A stretch of 63,965 bases of DNA, the filler included, from Squatina squatina (lineage: Eukaryota), in the NCBI GenBank assembly GCA_031763465.1. It is 4 parts of 4 records of this genome, joined end to end, with 100 filler letters (N's around TTAATTAATTAA, not from the genome) between each part and the next. Parts side by side here need not be neighbours in the genome. Positions count along the whole stretch, not along the records: positions 51,660 to 63,965 come from JARFOE010000004.1; 3 more parts are not named here. One strand, written 5' to 3'. The position numbers were made by a program, and so were the translations under genes. A model generated the notes under the pieces. That model worked only from the letters and a program-made list of their open reading frames with translations, did not search any database and was not told the DNA's origin. Positions within the stretch are counted from its first letter, which is position 1. Each line of letters begins with the position of its first letter. Shown one piece after another: positions 53,541 through 63,965 of this stretch.

Positions 53541-55153
53541 NNNNNNNNNNNNNNNNNNNNNNNNNNNNNNNNNNNNNNNNNNNNNNNNNNNNNNNNNNNN
53601 NNNNNNNNNNNNNNNNNNNNNNNNNNNNNNNNNNNNNNNNTTATCATAAAAATTGATTTTCATGTGTAATTTGTTAGAATGATTGTTTCAGTCTAATTAC
53701 TTTTAACAGCTGCCTTATCAGTCATAATCAGGTTTTGACCTTCAGACAGAAGTATTTGGAAGGTCTCAGGCGACTATAACACTTCCCAAGAGTGTAACCC
53801 AGATGACAGTTAATCAAGAATGAACACTGTAGACACAGAATATTCAAATAGTTCTTGTGTGTATTTACATGCACAACATAATGGTAATGTATAAACTGTC
53901 TTGTTCTTTGTGTATTAGTCTATAGGGGTTTATTTTTCTTCCTTTTATAATTATGAATGAAGTTAGGGTTATTTTGCATTTGCTCCAAAAAACTTTACTG
54001 TTTTTACCCTTGAGTGCACTTGCACTGTCACTCGTTCCTCTTGTAGCTGACAGGACAGGGTAATCTAGATTGCAGATTTATCCATTATCACCGTAAATGC
54101 TCTTAGCAATGCTGCCCATCGAACCATTCCTTTTTTTTTAATCTTCTCTTCTCCTCTGAAAGGCTTGGCTATAGTTCCACAGGTGCTGGCAGCCTTGTGG
54201 TAGCTCACCCAAGGCATCTTTTTTCACATGTGAGTCTTGACGATAAGTACCAGCAGGCTATTCATCAATAGATGTCATCACAGCAAAATCCAAATTCTGT
54301 TCCCCATTTGACACCCACATTGCTTTGTGCTANNNNNNNNNNNNNNNNNNNNNNNNNNNNNNNNNNNNNNNNNNNNNNNNNNNNNNNNNNNNNNNNNNNN
54401 NNNNNNNNNNNNNNNNNNNNNNNNNNNNNNNNGGACTGAATTCAAACTCTATTCCCACAAGTGAAGGGACATTGTGCTGATCCACAATGCATGAAGAAGG
54501 GTAGGAGGAGGCTCATGTGGAGCATAAACACTGGCATAGACCAGTTCGGCTGAATAGCCTGTTCCTGAGCTGTAAAATGTGATACAATTCTATGATACAC
54601 TAGTTGTGACCAAAACCAAAAATGATATAATAGCAGTTTTCTTAAACTTACACAGAGGTGAAAATCCATCTGCTAATAATTTTAGTTTAGTTTCATTGAA
54701 ACTATCAACACAAGGAATCTTAAGCCCTATACGCATTAAGAAGTGGTATTTCTCTAAATTATGACAAAGAGATTTGAGTATGATTTGTGATACAAAAGAC
54801 GTATGTATTTTGAGAGCTTAAAGGCATTTGGTATTTAGCGAATTCCAATCACTTGGATATTTATTGGTAACAAATCGTTTTTCTTAACGTCTGACATATC
54901 TATGCCCAGTATTTTTGTGGAAACGGATGAAGCTTAACTCCTCATGCTTCAATAAACTAATGAACTGTTGAAATAAAATCCTGAATATGGCGTGCATTAA
55001 TTTGTATTGAAGTAAGGTAGGATATTAAATCAATGGCTTTGTCCAGGTTGCATTGATTTATTTGCATTCACTGGTGCTTAATAAAATGCAAGGTAATCAA
55101 ATCCTTTACTGTTGTTTTCATTAACTTGTTTTTTTGTTGTCTTTTGTTGACAG

Positions 55154-56223
55154 ACCAGCAGTTCTCATGGTCACCTTCACGGCACTTCAATGAAGACATA
55201 TATTCTCATTCATCAAGGACCATGAAAGGATTAACTGGTAGCCGTACGCAGCCCCAGCTCAGTTCAGCACACACTTGTGGCCTGGTGACTGAGGACTGTG
55301 AGCATTCTCATGACCATATGCACCATGGCTTGGATTCTAGGCAGTCGTACTTGCTCAGCCCAACTGACAGCTGCCAAATGGACCATCACCGTTGTTCGCC
55401 TAGAAGTTCTATACATTCTGATTGTATGATTCCCATGATGGTAGGGGAGCACATGTCAAGCAGTACTTTCCCCAGAATGCACTACACCTCACATTATGAT
55501 TCCAGGGACGACTGTACCAGTGTCTCACACACGGGCAGCAAGATTAATCGCATCCCAGCGAATCTGCTGGACCAGTTTGAAAAGCAATTGCCTCTGCATC
55601 GTGATGGTTTCCATACACTGCAGTACCAGCGAACATCCACTACCACTGAACAGCGAAGTGAAAGTCCTGGCAGAATACGGCACCTTGTACATTCTGTCCA
55701 AAAACTTTTCACCAAATCTCACTCTTTGGAAGGGTCCTCGAAAGGAAACATGAATGGCACAAAGGGCGAAGGTCGACATTCGGATGATCATCATCATTCC
55801 CACCACCCCAAACACGGCAAAAGGAGCAAAAGCAAAGAACGAAAGCCAGAGCCCAAACATAAGTCTGCGATGACTGCCTGGTGGAGCTCAGATGACAACC
55901 TAGACAGTGATAGTACTTACCGTACTGCGAGTGCAATGAGCAGACACCACATCGACCATATCTCTCAGTACTATCCAGAAAATATTCAGGGGGCCTTCAG
56001 TGATCTAACTTTGAAGACGTCAAAAAGCAACAATGACGTTAAATGTTCTGCTTGTGAAGGATTGCCCATGACGCCTGAGGGGAAATATATGAAAAGAAGC
56101 TCCTGGTCCACACTGACTGTAAGCCAGGCCAAGGAAGCCTACCGCAAATCATCACTTAATCTGGAGAAACCTCTTGTTCATCAGGAAATAAAATCATCTC
56201 TAAGGCCATGTCATTACCTACAA
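55154..56223 (+). CDS. DLGAP2: Disks large-associated protein 2 (SAPAP2), large N-terminal exon
   Basis: ttgacag|AC...CAA|gtaagt; QFSWSP...MKGLTGSRTQP...HRCSPRSS...SSTFPRMHY...NRIPANLLDQFEKQLPLHRDGFHTLQYQR...WWSSDDNLDSD...RPCHYLQ. Confidence 0.95.
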
Positions 56224-57909
56224 GTAAGTGACAGTTTTACTTCTAATTTTAGCAGTACAGTCATCTTTTTCTTTATGTCATTGTTTTTTTTTGTTCGGAG
56301 TTTAGTGAGTATAATGAAAGTTAATAAATACTTCACCGACTGTATTACAAACCACATATCAACTAAACCAGAAGCTCAGCATGTTACATGAATTAGCATT
56401 TTGTTCACAAACCTCGGATCCAATGATAGAATTAGATTTTATGATGGCTCATCAGCAGTCAAAAATTATAACATCATTTTGCAGCAAGGAATTCAAACCA
56501 TGTAATATAAAGAGATCGACAACTGCATTAGAATAGCACAGACAGGAACCAAGCCTAGCACAGACACGTTNNNNNNNNNNNNNNNNNNNNNNNNNNNNNN
56601 NNNNNNNNNNNNNNNNNNNNNNNNNNNNNNNNNNNNNNNNNNNNNNNNNNNNNNNNNNNNNNNNNNNNNNCTTGCCTTGATGGGTAATTTGAACCTTAAG
56701 GCTGATAGTGATTGCAAAGCCTGTGAGCAAAATCATGTTGTCACTGTTATTACCAATCAAAAGGTTTTTAAGTACTGCAGTTTGTCATTCCCTGTGGTGT
56801 TCATGTCGAAGGTTTTGCGGCATTTCTTCAACGCTATCACCGGTCCAGTAACAATCCTTTTGAGTGCTGGGTCACTCATTCTAATGCGTATCAGGGTTGA
56901 GGAGTAAGTGCACAGTCGAACTTTGAGTTCAAGTGGCTGCTCTTAACTGAGTTGCTCGCTTTGTTCTTTTTGTTCAAGTCTGGATAAGCCTTCGTTTAGT
57001 CACATAGAATAATAATATATGTACTTTTTAGTATCTTCCTCAGCCAGGGAAATGACAGCTTCTTTTCCCTTGTGATACAATATGTAGATATTCATAGCCT
57101 ACAGTCAAAAGAAGCCCAGCTATATTTAAGTAATAACCTGCATTGAGAGTAATGAATATTTCTTGCACTTTTAGTAGAAGTTTGGTTGCTTTTCTTTTCT
57201 GCGTTTAAATGCTCTCCAATCAAGATGGTGGCTGGTAGTGCTTGGTTCTGCTGTTGAATCTGTAAAGCTCAAATTTGATAATCGAATGGCAGGTAACTAG
57301 CCAACCAACTATTGTACCCCTGTAATAATGTTGTTTTCACGGTTCACAATCACCTGTTGATTAGTTAAAAATGCGAAAGACTTTGTACAGTCAGCTGTGA
57401 AGTGTCCCGGGAGGAGCAGTGATCTGATTGCTTGCTGCCAACTGTAATAATCTCAATGTCCAGATCGGGATATATGGATGGCATCGTGAAAAGCTTTACT
57501 CACATTGACAAATAAATTGATGAATTTCCATGATTGACAAATGCCTTCCTGTTGTTGTATGGCAATGAGGTCTATATATGGAGATCCATTTAAATGGTCT
57601 TGGCAAAATGGGCTAAGTATACATAGCATCAAATGAATAACTGAATTTCCTTATTGAACAATGCCCTACTGTTTTCACATGGAAATGGAGGTGTGTGGGC
57701 ATGTATAATCGGTGGATAATTGTTGCACATTTTAGGCAAGTTGAACCCATATGCAATGTCTAAACAGAAAATAATTAAACCAATTCTTGCAAATGCATAA
57801 CTGCAAGCCTCCAACTAACAACGCAGCATTCTTGATTCCAGGAGCAAAACTATAAAGTCATTCAAAAATATGATAGTAAGAGGAATGTTTGTGATTAAAT
57901 GCTACAAAT

Positions 57910-58102
57910 GGCAAATGTTGTAATTCTGAAATACAAACAGAAATTCTAGAAATACACAGCAGATCCAGCAGCATCTGTTAAGAAGTAATTCAGGTTACCT
58001 TTTTGGGTGTAGATGTAGGGTCCATCTCCAAAATGATAAAATACCTTTTCTCTTTTCAGACTTGATAAGTACTTCCTCCATTCTCTGCTTTTTATTGTTT
58101 CA
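57910..58102. mobile_element. Old copy of the palindromic Penelope-like repeat
   Basis: ttctgaaatacaaacagaaattctagaaatacacagcagatccagcagcatctg matches 34015-34074. Confidence 0.45.
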
Positions 58103-58518
58103 CCATGCCTTGATAAGTCATGGATAAGTCTAACAGGTGCAATTATTGGCTATAAAGGAAGGAAGATTGTTTAAACTATCATTAAAGTAGTAATTAACTT
58201 ATAGCTGGTGAATCCAAATGATAATATATGCCATTGTGCTTTAAAATTTTTCCTAAGCATTTTACTTACCTCATAAGATTCATTGTTAGCTGAAGGTAAA
58301 TTGCTGAAAGTTGACTCAAGCCTGAAAATAAATTAAGAAGTAAAGTGGCCGACATTGGATCATTCTTCTTTACTTGGTCCTCGGCCCAACCATCTTCAGC
58401 TGCTTCATCAATGACCTTNNNNNNNNNNNNNNNNNNNNNNNNNNNNNNNNNNNNNNNNNNNNNNNNNNNNNNNNNNNNNNNNNNNNNNNNNNNNNNNNNN
58501 NNNNNNNNNNNNNNNNNN

Positions 58519-59460
58519 GACCACTCCTGTTTTGATATACATGAATGACTTGGACTTGGGGTGTACAGGACACAATTTTGAAATTTGAAGATGGCACGAA
58601 ACTTAGAAGTGTAGTAAACAGCGACGAGTAGAGTAATAGGCTTAAAGAAGACATAGACAGGCTGGTGGAATGAGCGGACACATGGCAGATGAAATTTAAC
58701 GCAGAAAAATGTGAGGTGGTACATTTTGCTAGGAAGAATAAGGGGGCCACACACTCCTTGGAGATAAGTGTGTCAATGGGGTAGTGGAGCGGGTGTTTGG
58801 TGGTACAGATACACAAGTCATAAAAGTAGTGACACAGGTTACTTGAAAGAAAAAGCAAACAAAACACTGGAGTTCATTTCTAAAGGGATAGAATTTAAAA
58901 ACAAAGAAGTATGTTAAACTTATACGGAACCATGGTTAGACCACAGTATTGTGAATAGGTGTCCATATTATAAAATGGATATAGAGGCACTGGGTAAGGT
59001 GCAAGAAAGACTTACTGGAATTATACCAGAACTGAGCGGTTATACCCATCAGAAAAGATTGTACAGGCTGGGGCGCTTTTCTCTAGAAAAGATTAATACT
59101 GAGGATTGACACAGGTCTTTAAGATTATGAAAGGGTTGTATAGGGTGGACTGGAGATGTTTTCACTTGTGGGGAAGACCAGAACTAGGGGACAATAAATA
59201 CAAGATAGTCACTAATAAATCCAACAGGGAATTCAGGAGAGTGGTGAGAATGTGGAACTCACTACCACAGGGAGTGGTTGAGGCAAATAGCATAGATACA
59301 TTTAAGGGGAAGCTGGATAAGCATCTGAGGGAGAAGGGCATTGAGGGTTATACTGATGATGAGTTAAATGAGGATGGGAGGAGGCTCGAGTGGAGAGTAA
59401 ACACCAGCACAGTCTGGCAGGGTCGAATGGCCTGTTTCTCTGTTGTGTATTCTATATTTT
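58519..59460 (+). mobile_element. CR1 LINE 3' portion
   Basis: WQMKFNAEKCEVVHF...VFKIMKG...RVVRMWNSLPQGVVEANSIDTFKGKLDKHL. Confidence 0.88.
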
Positions 59461-59811
59461 TAAAAATGAGAAAAATACACTGGATACTGTATTTTCCTTA
59501 TTTGCATTCTGTATAAATGTGGAAAATAAGTTATTTGACGAATTATGTTACATTACCCACAGACATACTGAGATTTAAGGTGAGGTCAAAAAGGGGCAGG
59601 TTCGAACCCAAATTCCAAGATTACACTCCAGGAACACCCAGTAAAATCCATTTAAAATATTGAGCAGCAGCACAGCTTTAATTGACCCAAGGCACTTATT
59701 TAACTCGGAGATACTTGTTCTAATTTCCATGTTTCTATATTTGCAAAGCAAGAAAAAAAGAAAAAGTTTTAAATTGATAGCTCCTATTTCTTCATTGATT
59801 TTGTTTCTTAG

Positions 59812-60031
59812 GTGAGTGAAGCAGAGGTAAATGGACAGTTTGAGTCAGTTTGCGAGTCTGTTTTCGGAGAAATTGAATCGCAGGCAGTGGATGCCTTGGA
59901 TCTTCCTGGCTGCTTCCGCACACGAAGTCACAGTTATCTGCGTGCCATTCAAGCTGGCTACTCACAGGATGATGACTGCATCCCTTCAATGTCATCTGCG
60001 ATTATGGCCTCCTCCATCAGATCCACGACAG
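59812..60031 (+). CDS. DLGAP2: DLGAP2 internal exon (GK-binding repeat)
   Basis: ttcttag|GTG...ACA G|gtgact; VSEAEVNGQFESVCESVF...LPGCFRTRSHSYLRAIQAGYSQDDDC. Confidence 0.94.
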
Positions 60032-61394
60032 GTGACTGCGCCGGTCTTTCACTTTCATTGCTCCTGATTTCTTCCCCTGGTTTTAGAGGTCTGTTGACGC
60101 CCATTGACAAAGCCACAAACTCGACTAAGCTCCAGATACGCCAGGTCCCGGTCTTAAGGCAGAATTTTATGAATGGCCTTCTGGGAGCGGAGTCTCTGAC
60201 TGCCCCCGCAAGGCCATTGACATAAGGGGCCAAGGAACCCCTAGATCAGCGGTTTGCGTGCGCCAACTCTCAGCTGGATCTCAACGATTGGCAGTGGAGT
60301 GCATGGTCTCAGCAGATGTACCTTGCCCAAAGCTGGGAGCTGGGTCTCACCTGTTATCCAGGTTGGGGTTGAGGCCTGGATGCCCACCTCCCTCCCCCGA
60401 AAGTTGGGGAGATGCAATTTTTTAAAAAATTATAAATTACTGTATATTGACACAACAGTGTACATACAGAATGTTGAAACATATGCCCACTGCAATTACC
60501 ATTTTCAGGTTCCCCAAATGAATCAGAAAAGAAAATTTACTGGTCAAGTTCTGTCAACATTTTTTTTTAAAAGTAGTTTACCATTTTTGTTTTATAGCTG
60601 TGCAGAATAATTATCCATTTTAGTATAAAAGTGGACAAAACAGTTTTAGAGGCGACAATAGCTTAAATTCTCCCTCTCTTGACCAACTAAAAATGAAAAC
60701 AAAATAAAAAAGAGCACCCAATTCTAAATTAATAATTAAAATGAATTAGGGCCAAAGTTTCCCTTCTTATCTCCTGATAGCAGTAACAGCATTGTAGGAA
60801 TGGGGATAAAGCCCATTTCTATCCAAAGCTTCTGTTTCTCACTGCCACTAGAGGCTAGACAATCAGAAAGATGATTTGTATGTCACTTAAAACTACACCC
60901 AAAACTTCCATGACAACTCAGGCGTGTGGGCCGGTGCCAAACAAACCAGAGCAGACCCNNNNNNNNNNNNNNNNNNNNNNNNNNNNNNNNNNNNNNNNNN
61001 NNNNNNNNNNNNNNNNNNNNNNNNNNNNNNNNNNNNNNNNNNNNNNNNNNNNNNNNNNTTTTCCCCCTTTATTTAGCATTCCCCCTCTACGGCATGCAGC
61101 ATTCCTCGCCGAGAAATCGGGAACTCAGCGCGTGGGGAGTTTCAGGCATGACAACACGTCCTAACACTCCGCAGCATATTGGTACACCAGCACCGAGCAC
61201 TTGCTCTGTGCTTTATTCTCTCTCTGTCTCCGTCTCTGTCAAACTGTGGCATGATTTCTTGCTGTCTCTGGGTGTTAGTGATGTGACTCTGTGTCGTTTC
61301 TCCAGTCAGACAGGAAAATAGGATGAAAAGTCTAATGTGTAACCAGGTTGGACAGGTCATAGATTAGAATGGAAGCCACTGGGGAAATAAGAGC

Positions 61395-62220
61395 AGCAAC
61401 AGCAATTTGCATTTATATAGCACTTTTAATATAGAAAACCATCTCAAGGAGAAGCGTAATCAGATAAAAATTGACACTGAGTCAAAGAAGGAGATATTAA
61501 GAGAGGTAAATAAAAATTAGGTCAAAGAGATCGGTTTAAAGGAGGAGAGAGAGGTGGAGAGGTGTGGGGAAGGAATTCCAGAGCTTAGGGCTTAGACGGC
61601 TGAAGGTATGGCCCGCAATGGTGGGGCGAAGGCAGTGGGGATGCATAAGAGTTAGAGGAACGTAGAGTTTTTGGAGGGTTGGAGGATGTTTTGGGAAGGC
61701 CATGTTGCGTTTTCAACACAAGGAGAAATTTCAATTTGAGGCATTGGTGGACCGGATAGGCTCAGGACAACAGAGTTTTGGATGAGCCCAAGTTTAGGGA
61801 GGTTGGAAGATCGGAGGCCAGCCAGGAGAGCGTGGGAATATTCTAGTCTGGAGGTAACAAAACCATGCACGAGGGTTTCAGTATCAGATGGTCGAAGATG
61901 GAAGGGGGAGATGGGAGATATTATGGAGATAAAAGTAGGCAGTCTTTGTGATGAAGTGGATATGGAGTCAAACGCTCAGCTCAGAGTCAGATAGGATGTT
62001 GAGGTTGCAACAGTCTAGTGCAGCCTGAGACAGTGACCAGCAAGAGGAATAGAATTGGTGACGAGGGAACAGAGTTTATGGCAAGGGCCAAGCACACTGG
62101 CTTCAGTCTACCTAATGTTTAATTGCAGGAACTTTTGTCTTATTCAGGACTGGATATCAGACAAGCAGGTTGACGATGCAGAGGCAGTAGAAGGGTCGAG
62201 AGAGGTAGAGCTGGGTGTCA
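61395..62220 (-). mobile_element. L2-type LINE 3' portion
   Basis: The - strand ORF reads HGFVTSRLEYSHALLAGL...KLGLIQNS, the L2 ORF2 motif F..SRLDYCN.LL.GL. Confidence 0.8.
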
Positions 62221-62921
62221 AGTATTTATGTAGTACAGTGATTTTCAAATGCATGGAAAAATAATCATGAATTTAAAGTGAATAAAAATGAAAAAATGCA
62301 GAACACATTCAAAGGATGGGAACACTGTTAATAAGAAAGGTTATAAGCTAGATAGTCGAAGCCAAGTGTGTGGCAACCATGCAAAGAAAGATACAGATTG
62401 AAGCGGAAAACTACAAATGAATCAGTTAGGAAGACAAAGCAGAAAGCAAGGAGAGAGAGAGGATGAACTCTAAAAAGATGAGCCATCTGTTATTGCTATT
62501 ACCACTGGCATGAGTGCCAGTGCTAATTTCAGTCGTGCACCACAGCACAGGATGTTTACAAACTAGGTTGCCACACATGGTTTTTCCCATTTTTCACATT
62601 CACAAATCCTCATTTGAATCTAGCTACTTCCTNNNNNNNNNNNNNNNNNNNNNNNNNNNNNNNNNNNNNNNNNNNNNNNNNNNNNNNNNNNNNNNNNNNN
62701 NNNNNNNNNNNNNNNNNNNNNNNNNNNNNNNNGTTCTCATGTAAATGAGGTCTGAGGCCCAATATCATCATGTGTGGCTGTGGCCTTCCCATTCAGGCGC
62801 AGTGGGGCCTATGTGTCAAGTGCTCTATGGCGTGCCTTCACTGTCCTTATACTCACAGTGTGTTTTTTTCTTTGAGATTTGCAGCAAATATAACAACCTT
62901 CCTTCCTCTTCTTTTCAACAG

Positions 62922-63280
62922 TAACTTGCACTAATTATAAAAAGACCCCGCCACCTGTACCCCCACGCACCACATCCAAGCCGGTGATTTCAGTGACAGC
63001 CCAGAGCAGTACAGAATCAACTCAGGATGCATATCACGAGAACCGGACTCAGAGGAGTTCCCCATGGCCCCAAGAAGGCAGGATCATTTATAACTCAACG
63101 GAAAGCCTGGACAGTACGAAGGCAGTCAACATTGCATTGGAATCAGCTGCTGCCCAGCATCACGCTATCAATAACAGCAAAAGCAGCATGGTTTTAACCA
63201 GAGACAAGGCCATCTTAACCCTAGATGTGACAAAGGCAGAACAGTACCTAAAGAATCGGCGGTCCTCCATCGGGATTCAG
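62922..63280 (+). CDS. DLGAP2: DLGAP2 internal exon (proline-rich and dynein light chain-binding region)
   Basis: ttcaacag|TA...CAG|gtaacc; TNYKKTPPPVPPRTTSKPVISVTAQSSTESTQDAY...YNSTESLDS...SSIGIQ; phase 1 fits the previous exon. Confidence 0.94.
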
Positions 63281-63965
63281 GTAACCTGCCATTAACATCT
63301 CCTATCTGTGGCAAATTGGATGCACAACTACTGTAAATAGCACTGGTTGAGTCACAGAGATTAGCTGTTATTCAGATGGACACTGAGCATGTGCTATAAT
63401 CTGCATCATAACAAAACTAATGGCAAAATTACACAGCATTAAGTAAAAGGGAACTCAGCATAATTGCTGAAGGGAAAGAAGATTAGTCTAAAATCACATC
63501 GCAAACAGAATTTAGCTTCAAATAAAATAATAAAGTCATCTGTGGTCAGTAAATTTTCTAATTTTTCAACCAGTAATTACTTGTAGTAAATTTGTGTGTT
63601 TAATTTTTTTGTAACTTCTCCCCTTCTTTTACGATTATTAGTTTTGTTTTCATCCCATTTATTAATTCATCCAAATCCTGTGCTGTTTCCCACTGAGAAG
63701 ATTTTCCAACTCTAATGCCACTCAAAAGCCAGTAGCTAGCAAGCACAAGATGCTTGCCCACACTGACATTACTTCATAATTATTGCCTTCCTCCTGGCGA
63801 GGCAGTGTCTGGCTTGCACATGTTCCATCCCATTGACAAGATAGTCAAGAGTTGGAATGTAGGGAGCCCCAGAATCAGCCGGGGTTCTAGTACAGAACTC
63901 GGAAACACCCGCAGAGATTTTGCCAGGCATGTGCCCAGGTGCACTGGGTGCAGCAGATATCGGAG

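Overview
This is eukaryotic (vertebrate) genomic DNA, most likely from a cartilaginous fish. That call is an inference from its CR1 LINE tails, Deu-domain SINEs and conservative protein sequences. The window is a heavily gapped draft made of four apparently unrelated segments joined by artificial 100-nt spacers (N44-TTAATTAATTAA-N44 at 15926-16025, 32422-32521 and 51560-51659). Segment A (1-15925) has exons of CNTNAP1, a PLEKHH3/MYO10-like gene, TUBG1 and RETREG3. Segment B (16026-32421) has RNF13, COMMD2 and WWTR1/TAZ. Segment C (32522-51559) has PAQR3 followed by a largely non-coding, AT-rich stretch. Segment D (51660-63965) has DLGAP2. Most genes are represented by only a few exons because the rest lie in gaps. 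Introns carry CR1, L2 and RTE LINE fragments, SINEs, Harbinger-like Myb/SANT remnants and a palindromic Penelope-like repeat. I found no prokaryote-style novel system such as a CRISPR array or operon. The most interesting signals are: a TAZ-locus gene that keeps the YAP-type PxxΦP TEAD-binding loop; two other paralogue-like retentions (a MYO10-like PLEKHH3 and a RETREG1-like tail on RETREG3); a degenerate hammerhead-ribozyme core and a 20-bp minisatellite directly upstream of the RETREG3 start; and unassigned spliced-looking sequence at the end of segment C. Gene identities rest on my recollection of human protein sequences plus splice-site and synteny consistency; no database search was run.
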